Assembly: GCA_045531405.1 (NCBI GenBank)
Contig: JAZSDX010000053.1
Coordinates: forward strand, 13,582-77,581
Reading direction: 5' to 3'
DNA length: 64,000 nt
Origin: Muribaculaceae bacterium
GTDB lineage: Bacteria > Bacteroidota > Bacteroidia > Bacteroidales > Muribaculaceae
Part shown: positions 21,701-29,598 of the stretch, in pieces
Layout: each line of letters starts with the position of its first letter
Position numbering within the stretch: the first letter of the stretch is position 1
Translations under genes and position numbers: made by a program
Notes under the pieces: model-generated
What the model saw: only the letters and a program-made list of their open reading frames with translations
Told to the model about the DNA's origin: nothing
Database searches by the model: none

Positions 21701-23093
21701 TGCAACTGACGCCAACGCCCGAATAAACAAGCTCAATCTTGCCACATGGACTTTGGCTGAAACCAATATAGATATCGACGGAGGAAATAAAGCCTCAGGA
21801 ATGTATTACCTTAACGACAAACTCTATATTGCTACCGGTGAAGTAAACGGAGAAGCAGCCTCAATGGTTGTGTTTAACCCAACTGACAACTCTAATACTA
21901 CAACATCGGCTACCATCGACGGAAGTATGCAAATTCCTCATGGTGTTTCGGTTCAAGCAGGCAATAACATTATGGTATCACGTGGTTGTGGATTTATCGC
22001 ATATAATCTTGAAACCGAAACATTCGCTGATGAAACCGTGATGATTCTCAACGACATATTTATCCCAACACTTGCCGTTTACGAACCCACCGACTCATCT
22101 GAATACTATTACGTGGCATATTCTCAAGGCATGGCTATGTTTGAATCATCTGATTTAACACAACCAAAGATGATTTTCAATGCAATTCCATCGGCAATAA
22201 GTATAATGGCTGCAACCGAACAAAATGAGGCTCCTACTACCAAGAAAGCTTATTCATACACATCGGGAGTATATGAACGTGCCACTTCGGTAAAAAAATG
22301 TACCGCAGCAAAACTAACTACACTCTTTGCCGACAACGAAGGCAACACTACCGACAACCTCACTATGTATATTCGTGAAGATGTAGATTGGTTAGATGTA
22401 ACATATTCATCAGGCAACATCACTCCTAATGTTAAATACACCGGCGATGTTGACAATTTAACCGACATTGTGTTCCCGGTTGAATGTATCGACAAGAATG
22501 GGGCATCAACAATGAGTACTGCCACAATCCGCATCACTCCTCGCATCTACAAACCAACGATTGACGAATCACAAGTAATAATCTATACCGATTCGGTACT
22601 CGTTGACACGCTTTCGGTTGGTAACATTTTCACTTACCCTAAATCAACAACTAACCTAACATTTGTAACTAATGTTTCAAACGTTAGCGACTACACTCTT
22701 ATCAACAGTGCTGAAATCGACCAAAACAATAATTTGGTTATTACTGCTATGGAAGGTGTAAAAGGGGAAGCTGCTGTTGAATTAACTCAAACCATTACTC
22801 ACAAAACTTATGGTTCAAAAACATTCACTGCGACAATTCCTGTTGCATTTGAAAGCAAAGTGCCATCGGGAATTGATTGTATATCTAACAACAATATAGA
22901 TATAAATTACGTCAATGGAGTATTGACTATTAACAACTGTAAAGGAGAAAGATGCTTAATTTATAATGTTGCCGGATCGCTTATTTATTCATGCGATATT
23001 AATAGTAACAACTTCTCTATTCTATTAAATCTCAACAATGACATATATATTGTAACGACTGACAATCAACGCATAAAAATTGCAGTGAAATAA
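18780..23093 (+). CDS. Giant T9SS-secreted multidomain surface protein (Ig-like, module X, Big_2-like repeats, propeller-like region, Ig-like, T9SS CTD)
   Basis: About 1437 aa from the ATG at 18780 (the ORF track begins at a TTG at 18768). Signal peptide MKKVSLIMLFLSLAMAFTAQA. Module X spans 19494-20378 (YQPAAGQF..GWLGEWSTEV). Big_2-like motifs (TANGYGTVWVHFSA, ALKPGTTTLTAVSG). Propeller-like repeats (YKDKIIVSDGDS, GDVAYILCA, NDKLYIATGE). CTD at 22866-23090 (CLIYNVAGSLIYS..NDIYIVTTDNQRIKIAVK). Confidence 0.8.
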   Translation: MKKVSLIMLFLSLAMAFTAQAGTQFVPKEYSYEAVGSDGSSSFYVYFYDLFEYPDDISTSTDISQKEGITITTSSGDNTIIKLNSIGAHMSKTRMQLTRMGQVKGETTFSVSITYNGETVTNSFPVKVHGLETSMIKSYINPDEIAPQVFDVIGNTSFYKSSEKTTCSLTIDNADELKYGTIELVDGENGYKVIQYTPNGTPQQIVSDAIKYTITLSDGTESSSNKIITYTTRNCYATKILEYQPAAGQFRSEIAWDNPIEFFENNERGVSLGALGGYIVFGFDQPIYNNPQNPYGVDFTVEGNSFVAAEKGVWTEPGAVQVMEDKNGNGLPDDGEWYELAGSDYWLSTTKHNVELTYYNPHYNDRYTVPWAMKWEENGEIKHEYGAVVTNNFHKHSFYPDYFYNQDNPDESKRWFSPSVSRDSITFTGVTNIRGCIDMRSPSYIEFYAYSGFGYCDNKGFVKEDSRIAQNPYGRPYLGETAGDGMDISWAVDKDGNYVELEKIDFVKVYTAGQVIAGWLGEWSTEVLNCAITLPDPEYVPQDYYYNYVGITQLQVPKGHTCQYEGFLFKNGRPVENVTQHWRITMDKEGLVTDGVDAIAEIDNTGLLTANGYGTVWVHFSAMDGIPEEAFEVSVCNLSSVVINLEGNQGIESEELTCVVGERIYINVESEDDNTQNVNETKSNRFIYDNYTWLNSNPDVGTIDNGNFIALKPGTTTLTAVSGINPSLNDKIAITVIDIPEITITPIQIASTSHSGELLNSDIFSTGTGATVYMDKVTAKKGLANISLYNNRLSYQFTEGEYVTDILIFKVICYGQEKTIEVPITYGPYNLASRKKVLMINSTDENGVDLGIAQLQGIDAETFENKTYVEDLACGSNLNQIPTDNILPDGSYAYLTQGTNLSRYDVEWGKTVVSATLTSTDKHQLATYKDKIIVSDGDSLKAFYRTDLEAFKSIKLNGTIKQMVINGDVAYILCATDANARINKLNLATWTLAETNIDIDGGNKASGMYYLNDKLYIATGEVNGEAASMVVFNPTDNSNTTTSATIDGSMQIPHGVSVQAGNNIMVSRGCGFIAYNLETETFADETVMILNDIFIPTLAVYEPTDSSEYYYVAYSQGMAMFESSDLTQPKMIFNAIPSAISIMAATEQNEAPTTKKAYSYTSGVYERATSVKKCTAAKLTTLFADNEGNTTDNLTMYIREDVDWLDVTYSSGNITPNVKYTGDVDNLTDIVFPVECIDKNGASTMSTATIRITPRIYKPTIDESQVIIYTDSVLVDTLSVGNIFTYPKSTTNLTFVTNVSNVSDYTLINSAEIDQNNNLVITAMEGVKGEAAVELTQTITHKTYGSKTFTATIPVAFESKVPSGIDCISNNNIDINYVNGVLTINNCKGERCLIYNVAGSLIYSCDINSNNFSILLNLNNDIYIVTTDNQRIKIAVK

Positions 23094-23121
23094 TTATCTT
23101 GTTACATGATAATTCTAAACA

Positions 23122-23153
23122 CAAAAATGGGCTGTGCAAAGACAGCCCATTTT
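23122..23153. terminator. Bidirectional intrinsic terminator between convergent operons
   Basis: Hairpin ATGGGCTGT-gcaaag-ACAGCCCAT (23127-23150), flanked by an A5 run upstream and a T-run downstream. Confidence 0.75.
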
Positions 23154-23172
23154 CGTTTAGTGTCAGAGTTTA

Positions 23173-25788
23173 TTATTTAATAAACTTGATTGTTTTTACA
23201 TTTCCACCTGTTGTAACTTTGGCGATATATACACCATTGCTCAAATCAGCAACAGAAATAATTGCCATTGAAGATGATGGGGTTGCATTCAATACTATCG
23301 CACCTGAAGCATTGTAAATTTCAACTGATTCGATTGTATTAGCTGCACTAATATTTAATACTTCGCCATTACATGAAGTCTTGATTTCTGCTACTTCTTC
23401 AATTGCTTCAACACCTACGGCTGGAAGTTCGATGTCGGTAACTTTTGCAGTTTGAGTTGCATTATCCCATTGGCTAAACTCAAGATTATTGAAGTTTACT
23501 GCTCCATTCCATGCTTGATATGGAGTTTCTTCGTCGTCAATATCGGTCCATTCATGACGCATAAAGAAGCTATCAAAACGCCATGTTGAGATTGTTGTTG
23601 CTTCTCCTGTGAAATGTGTAAATGGCTCGTTCTTAATATCCCATTTAACAAGATTCCAACCACGGAAATCAATAGTTGTTTGAGGATCTTGATACTTAAG
23701 TTCTGAATTATTGATACGCAACATTGCCGAAACTGCATTATTTGAGCCATCGCCATATAACCAGAATGTCAAAATGCCATCTGATATGTTACGGTTAGCA
23801 TTAACTCCTGATTGAGTTGGAGTATATTCTCGGATTTGCCAAAGTTCATTTGCAAAATATTCATCAAATGAATAAGTCATTAATGCAGAACCAGCAGTAT
23901 TTTTGTTAGGAGCAAGAGTGCTTGATGTGGTTGAGTTGCCTTCGTCGGTAAGACCTGAAGTAGAACCTGAGCCATTTGGAGCCCAGAAACCATCAGCACT
24001 TGTTAATGGGAATAATACTGTTGAAGATGTTTTAGTGCGATATTCTGAAAGGAAACGGAAATGGAATTCTTCAGTTTCATTGCCTGAAACGTCGGGTAAT
24101 CCGGCTTTTACTGACACTAAGAAACACTTGTCGGCAGGAATAGTATCATTTGTGTAGAAATGAAGAACAGATTTTCCAAATACTACAGCATGTGTAGCTG
24201 TTCCTTCATAAGTTTTTCCATCGCTATCTTTTACAGTGATGAAATCAGAATGTTTATCGGCATTCCACACAATTTCTTCATCATATTCGATGCGGATAGG
24301 AGGCATAATTGCAAATTCTGCTGTTTGGTCAGCAGCAGGATAAGTTGTCACAATTTGTGGAGCAGTAACATCAGGTTCTGCAATAGTGATAGAAAGCACA
24401 TAGTTACCACCTTCGACACCGTCACCATCACCATCAAAGAATTGGTTGGTTTGTGAATTCTTTGCAATAGAACCATCAATAGTGATATCATAAGTCCACA
24501 TTGGATCAAGTTTTGTGATATCAATATTCAAGGTATAATCGTTTACCCATTCAAAGGCAATCTCACCACCATTGTTGATTGTAATAGCCTTTTCAACTGA
24601 TTCTCTATCCATATTACGAGAGAATGTAATTGTAACAGGATAAATAGGGGAAACATTTGTTGGGTCAACAACCGATGTTGCATCAACTTTAGCAGGAGAA
24701 GTACTTGTTAATTCTACGTGTTGAACTGTAACATAATCATTTGTTGCACCTTGTGCACCATCTTTAATAGTCACTTGAACTGTTTTAGATTCAAATCCGT
24801 CAAGTTCAAATGTCACATCATAGGTTTTTCCTACTTCTAATCCTTCAAAGAAATAGAATCCGTTGTGAATCAAGTTTTCATTTTTGGTATAAATGTTAAA
24901 TACTGATTCCCAAGTATCGGTTGTATAAGTTTTACCATCAACAGTAACTTTTACACCATTAATAGGTGTGTTATTTTCAGAATTGCTTATAATACCGGCG
25001 AGGAATGTTTGAGAAGGAACATTCAAACCACGATATTTAAGGATTGATTGAAAACCTGCAAGAGCCTCAAGACGTTTATATTCTTTGTTGATGTTGAGTT
25101 GTTGTTGTGCAGCAATAGTATGATATGCACCTTCACTCAACAAAGAAGCCATATTTGAACGGCGGTTTACCGATAAATAAGGATATTGATATGCATGAGT
25201 AGTTTCTCCACGAAGATAGAAACAACGGTCATACCAGTTGCCACGAGTTCCGGTACAAGCAAAGTTCATCATCATGTCTGTGAGGTTAGGACAAAGTATG
25301 TCACCAAATGCTTTACCCCCATTAGGAGTTTTTTCTACTTCTACACCATCTTTCATCCAACCACCAAATAGAGTAACAGTTGTGTTGTTTTCTGCAGACG
25401 CGTCAGAGTGTATTGAGTAATAGAAATCGGCGCCCCAAGCATTTGCCATATCAGAGCGTTCTTCGAGTCCAACCTCTGTAACTTCATCTTCACGGCAAAG
25501 CATGAGATTATCTGCCGGCATATCGGTATATGTAAGCAAATATTCTTTCATTGTTTGTGCAATTGCAAATACTTTTTCAGCTTCAGAATATCCCCAAAGT
25601 CCTCTATTTTCCTTCATAGAGTGACCGGGATCAAGGAATAATTTAAAATCACCCCAGCCTGTTATTTCTTTTTCGACAATCGAATCAGTTGCTATAGTAT
25701 CTGTATTTTCTTGAGCAAAAGAAGGCATTGTCATTAAACACATTGCAGATATTACTGCACTTTTCTTAAATATATTCATCTTTTTCAT
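23173..25788 (-). CDS. T9SS-secreted N-acetylmuramoyl-L-alanine amidase (Amidase_3) family multidomain protein
   Basis: 871 aa. Signal peptide SFA|QE. Amidase_3 pattern (LFLDPGHS..SEAEKV..LEERSDMANAWGADFYYSIHSDA). CarbopepD_reg-like segment (GIISNSENNTPINGVKVTVDGKTY). Ig-like (SbsA/Big_5-type) repeats. T9SS CTD (VEIYNASGAIVLN..LSNGVYIAKVTTGGNVKTIKFIK). Confidence 0.75.
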   Translation of the reverse strand: MKKMNIFKKSAVISAMCLMTMPSFAQENTDTIATDSIVEKEITGWGDFKLFLDPGHSMKENRGLWGYSEAEKVFAIAQTMKEYLLTYTDMPADNLMLCREDEVTEVGLEERSDMANAWGADFYYSIHSDASAENNTTVTLFGGWMKDGVEVEKTPNGGKAFGDILCPNLTDMMMNFACTGTRGNWYDRCFYLRGETTHAYQYPYLSVNRRSNMASLLSEGAYHTIAAQQQLNINKEYKRLEALAGFQSILKYRGLNVPSQTFLAGIISNSENNTPINGVKVTVDGKTYTTDTWESVFNIYTKNENLIHNGFYFFEGLEVGKTYDVTFELDGFESKTVQVTIKDGAQGATNDYVTVQHVELTSTSPAKVDATSVVDPTNVSPIYPVTITFSRNMDRESVEKAITINNGGEIAFEWVNDYTLNIDITKLDPMWTYDITIDGSIAKNSQTNQFFDGDGDGVEGGNYVLSITIAEPDVTAPQIVTTYPAADQTAEFAIMPPIRIEYDEEIVWNADKHSDFITVKDSDGKTYEGTATHAVVFGKSVLHFYTNDTIPADKCFLVSVKAGLPDVSGNETEEFHFRFLSEYRTKTSSTVLFPLTSADGFWAPNGSGSTSGLTDEGNSTTSSTLAPNKNTAGSALMTYSFDEYFANELWQIREYTPTQSGVNANRNISDGILTFWLYGDGSNNAVSAMLRINNSELKYQDPQTTIDFRGWNLVKWDIKNEPFTHFTGEATTISTWRFDSFFMRHEWTDIDDEETPYQAWNGAVNFNNLEFSQWDNATQTAKVTDIELPAVGVEAIEEVAEIKTSCNGEVLNISAANTIESVEIYNASGAIVLNATPSSSMAIISVADLSNGVYIAKVTTGGNVKTIKFIK

Positions 25789-25796
25789 GGCAGTAA

Positions 25797-26669
25797 TTAG
25801 TATTTGAGATTAATAACATAAATTGATGCATCTATTGCATTTTCAAATGCAACTTTCTTGCCATCAGGTGATACCGAAGGTGTCAATGGAATTAAATCGG
25901 TGTTGCCTGTAAGAAGATATTTCACACCATTGTTAATATTAATTGAATATATATCTGACGATGTAAAATTAGAGCCATCATCGGTTACTAATGTAAAAAT
26001 TAGCGACTGATTATCAGCTAACCATTGAGGATTAGACCCTTTACCTATGCTTTTGAGATTTCCTCCATTATTATCGCAAATCCACATTCCATGTCCCGGA
26101 ATTTGGAACGCAACTTTTGTTCCATCGGGCGACAATGCCGGATTTATAATCATTTTTCCTGAAAACTCTTTCAACGAAACAATTTTTGATGTAGCTTTTG
26201 CCGGTTCTGCAACCATCAACTCATATACTCCGTCTGCTTCAAGTGTAGCAGTTGCTTTGATAGATTTCCATGTTGGAGTACCATTAATGTTTCTGCTTTT
26301 CCCTACTATGATATCAGCCTTACCGGTTGCGATGTCCCATTTCTTAACTTCATGGAGAACGCAATTATTTTCAATAACATTGGTACGGCCCAATATTTGC
26401 GTACCATCGGCACTCCATTTCATCTTGTAACCGGCGCCCGATTCAGATGTAATAGATTTTAAATTACTACCATCGGCATTTGCGACCAAAATACCGGTGT
26501 AATTGTCGGTTGTTACAGCGATTTGAGACCCATCGGGAGACCACACAGGAGCCATCAAACCTACTGAATACTCAATGAGCTTTTGAGGCTCACTTGCCGA
26601 GCGAGGTTGTGCGAAAACGCATGCACAGCCTAAGCAGAGTGAAATTGCTAAAACAAAATTTCGTTTCAT
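25797..26669 (-). CDS. Secreted TolB-like (PD40 repeat) beta-propeller protein
   Basis: 290 aa. Signal peptide VFA|QP. Repeated SPDG motifs (WSPDGSQIAV, SADGTQILG, SPDGTKVAFQ, SPDGKKVAFE). Lies 8 nt upstream of the amidase gene. Confidence 0.75.
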   Translation of the reverse strand: MKRNFVLAISLCLGCACVFAQPRSASEPQKLIEYSVGLMAPVWSPDGSQIAVTTDNYTGILVANADGSNLKSITSESGAGYKMKWSADGTQILGRTNVIENNCVLHEVKKWDIATGKADIIVGKSRNINGTPTWKSIKATATLEADGVYELMVAEPAKATSKIVSLKEFSGKMIINPALSPDGTKVAFQIPGHGMWICDNNGGNLKSIGKGSNPQWLADNQSLIFTLVTDDGSNFTSSDIYSININNGVKYLLTGNTDLIPLTPSVSPDGKKVAFENAIDASIYVINLKY

Positions 26670-26841
26670 ACGAGTACTTTTGATTTAAGGTTAATAAAAA
26701 TGTAATATCTAATTACCTCAAAGGTAGTAATTTTTTTGGAAATTTCATAATCATTATATTTTTCTATGATTTTAATTTGAATAAAGTTTCAGTTCTCAAT
26801 AAATCACTAAATTTGTAGTCATATCATTAATTGATTAAAGC

Positions 26842-27045
26842 ATGTCACAAATCTTTTCCACATTAAAAAAGTATCGGAATCCTATCCTCAACATTATAAC
26901 CTCTATCCTCTGCATTATCATCATTTACGAATCTCTTTTTGTTGAGATACGTTATTGGAGAGCTGCTATCTTTAGTTTGCTTTTAGTTGGTAGCGTTATT
27001 GATTTTATTAAACTCTGGAAGAACAATCAAAATTCCGACAATTAA
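26842..27045 (+). CDS. Hypothetical small membrane protein (two predicted TM helices)
   Basis: 67-aa ORF in an AT-rich region. Hydrophobic segments ILNIITSILCIIIIY and AAIFSLLLVGSVIDFI. No other support. Confidence 0.2.
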   Translation: MSQIFSTLKKYRNPILNIITSILCIIIIYESLFVEIRYWRAAIFSLLLVGSVIDFIKLWKNNQNSDN

Positions 27046-27186
27046 CCTCTTACCGATGAACAAGTTGAAAAAATAGAGAAATTCGCCACTTGCGATTGAG
27101 ATCACGAATAAGAACCTTTTAGATATGGAGGACGATGAGTGATTTAATATCCAATATAATAGGGAATTTTTATCGTTTATTGAGTT

Positions 27187-27841
27187 ATGAATACTCATAA
27201 TTTTATTGAAGGAACAGATGCATATAGAAATTGGGCTATGGGAAATCCGAATGCATCTTATTATGAAGATAATATTGCATATGAAATTTCAAGAAGTCAA
27301 GACTTTATTAATTGGGAATACAACAATCCCAATGGCACACTTAGTCAATATCTAAATCTTTTAAAATTGGCTATTCATGGAACAGGAATTAAGCCGTTAC
27401 GACATATCTAAGGTCGTGGCTTATTATGACCTCGCCATTGATAAGGTTCTGTTCCCTACACTTGCCACTGCAAAAGGCAAGCAAGGATATGGACTTTATG
27501 CAAAACTTGGAGATATTTCAGTAGAAACTATGTCGGGTGGCGACCAAAGCATAATGTTTATGATCACTGAAAATGTGATATATTATCCTTCTGAAGATGC
27601 AATATTAAGTAGATTCTTCGTATATTTTGAAATTCCTTCGCTTCAAGGTGTTGAAGAAATGGCTGTTAAGAGCTACACTATCGACTTTGACGGGGTAATT
27701 GTTGGGATTGAAAAAGTTGAGAATGATAATGTGCAATACCCAGAAGGGTGGTACACTATTATGGGGATTAAATTACCTCAAGCTCCAACATTAGATGGTA
27801 TTTATATTCATAATGGCAAAAAGGTGTTTATTAAAAAGTAG
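27187..27841 (+). pseudogene. Frameshifted, N-terminally truncated relic of a T9SS cargo gene
   Basis: Two overlapping ORFs in different frames (27187-27411 and 27377-27841). Neither has a signal peptide. The second ends in a CTD-type tail (GWYTIMGIKLPQAPTLDGIYIHNGKKVFIKK). Confidence 0.4.
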
Positions 27842-27865
27842 ATAGTTGGCAAATTCTTATAACTA

Positions 27866-27894
27866 AACGCCCAATGAAGTATTTATTGGGCGTT
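27866..27894 (+). terminator. Hairpin AACGCCCAAT-N9-ATTGGGCGTT downstream of the relic
   Basis: Perfect 10-bp stem read from the sequence. The T tract after it is weak. Confidence 0.4.
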
Positions 27895-27939
27895 GGCATA
27901 TTTTCTGCCACAAAAAGAAGATATTTCGTGATAATTTGC

Positions 27940-27947
27940 TAATTTTG
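27940..27947 (+). promoter_or_regulatory. Candidate -7 box TAATTTTG for ilvE
   Basis: TAnnTTTG match 26 nt upstream of the ilvE ATG. Confidence 0.35.
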
Positions 27948-27972
27948 CAGAAGAATAAATTACAATATCATT

Positions 27973-28995
27973 ATGACACAAGAATTAGACTGGGGCAACC
28001 TATCATTTGGATATATCCCCACCGACTACAACGTGCGTTGTTACTACAAAGATGGCAAATGGGGCGAAATTGAAGAATCAACCTCAGAACACATCAACAT
28101 ACATATGGCTTCAACATGCCTTCACTATGGTCAAGAAATCTTTGAAGGGTTGAAAGCATTCCGAGGCAAAGATGGCAAAGTGCGCATTTTCCGTCTTGAA
28201 GAAAATGCAAAACGCATCATCTCTTCGGCCGAAGGTATTAAGATGCAACCTATCCCCGTGGAGCTTTTCTGCGAAATGGTGAAACGTGTTGTTAAACTCA
28301 ACGAACGCTTTGTACCACCCTACGGAAGTGGAGCATCACTCTACATTCGCCCACTCGAAATCGGTATTTCGGCACAAGTAGGTGTTAAACCCTCTACCGA
28401 ATATCTTTTCTTGATTCTCGTTACTCCTGTTGGCCCATACTTCAAAGGTGGATTCAAAAACACTAACATCTGCATCATGCGTGAGTTTGACCGTGTTGCA
28501 CCAAAGGGTACCGGTCGCTGGAAAGTGGGAGGCAACTATGCTGCAAGTCTTGAAGCAGGCGAAAAAGCACACTCTCTTGGCTATTCAGCAGTGCTTTATC
28601 TCGACCCAAAAGAAAAGAAATATATCGACGAATGTGGACCTGCCAACTTCTTGGCTATCAAAGATGGCAAATATATCACTCCTGCATCTGAATCAATTCT
28701 CCCCTCAATCACAAACATGAGTCTTCAACAAATCGCAAAAGACATGGGTATTGAGGTAGAACGTCGTCAAATTCCTATCGAAGAACTTGAAACAATACAA
28801 GAAGCCGCTGCTTGTGGCACTGCTGCCGTAGCATCTCCTATCGGAGAAATCCATGACCTTGACCTCGATAAAAAATATATCATCTCAAATAATGGCGAAC
28901 CGGGGCCTGTGGTAACTGCTCTTTACAACAAACTTCGTGGCATTCAACTTGGCGAAGAAGAGGATATTCACGGTTGGAACACAATCGTGGAGTAA
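27973..28995 (+). CDS. ilvE: Branched-chain amino acid aminotransferase
   Basis: 340 aa. Class IV PLP aminotransferase pattern (EGLKAFRG, GTGRWKVGGNYAASL, AAACGTAAV). Confidence 0.92.
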   Translation: MTQELDWGNLSFGYIPTDYNVRCYYKDGKWGEIEESTSEHINIHMASTCLHYGQEIFEGLKAFRGKDGKVRIFRLEENAKRIISSAEGIKMQPIPVELFCEMVKRVVKLNERFVPPYGSGASLYIRPLEIGISAQVGVKPSTEYLFLILVTPVGPYFKGGFKNTNICIMREFDRVAPKGTGRWKVGGNYAASLEAGEKAHSLGYSAVLYLDPKEKKYIDECGPANFLAIKDGKYITPASESILPSITNMSLQQIAKDMGIEVERRQIPIEELETIQEAAACGTAAVASPIGEIHDLDLDKKYIISNNGEPGPVVTALYNKLRGIQLGEEEDIHGWNTIVE

Positions 28996-29058
28996 TTGAG
29001 AACCCCAAAGGGCTCAACGAGGCTCAACCGAGTTAATTGAAAGTTAAGAATTATTCTA

Positions 29059-29598
29059 ATGTCTTATAAAGAAATCATAGATAAATATTATCCCGCAGGC
29101 ACTAAGTGTCGCGGGTTTTTTTTACAGCATAGCCGTCAAGTTGCTGACAAAGCTGTTGAAATAGCTCGTCGGTGCAATCTGGATATTCCGTTAGAAACCG
29201 TGGAAGCGGCAGCAATGCTTCATGACATAGGGATTTTCCTCACTAATGCTCCCGATATCGATTGCCACGGCAGAGAGCATTACATTCGCCACGGCATTCT
29301 CGGTGCAGAACTATTACGCAAGGAGGGTGTAGATGAATCAATCGCACGCGTGGCAGAACGCCACACCGGAGTAGGACTAACTATCGACGACATAGAACGG
29401 CAACAGCTCCCTTTGCCTCATAAAGACTACCTACCTGAAACTACGCTTGAAAAACTCATTTGCTACGCCGACAAATTCTTTTCAAAAAGTGGTGCAATGC
29501 AAGAAAAGTCACTCGACAAAGTAAGAGCCTCAATGGCACGCCATTCAGCCGACAGCCTCGCACGCTTCAACGAGCTACATAAATTGTTTAATGATTAA
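29059..29598 (+). CDS. HD-domain phosphohydrolase
   Basis: 179 aa. HD motif (AAMLHDIGIF) and a second His cluster (ERHTGVGL). Confidence 0.8.
   Translation: MSYKEIIDKYYPAGTKCRGFFLQHSRQVADKAVEIARRCNLDIPLETVEAAAMLHDIGIFLTNAPDIDCHGREHYIRHGILGAELLRKEGVDESIARVAERHTGVGLTIDDIERQQLPLPHKDYLPETTLEKLICYADKFFSKSGAMQEKSLDKVRASMARHSADSLARFNELHKLFND

Noticed and set aside
12500-23093. Absence of btuFCD, considered as evidence that the riboswitch locus is not a B12 system.
   Set aside because: Bacteroidales commonly split B12 uptake genes over several loci. Absence from a 64-kb window is uninformative.
23099-23317. 72-aa plus-strand ORF after the giant T9SS gene.
   Set aside because: It spans the bidirectional terminator and is antisense to the CTD-coding end of the amidase gene. 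It has no features of its own.
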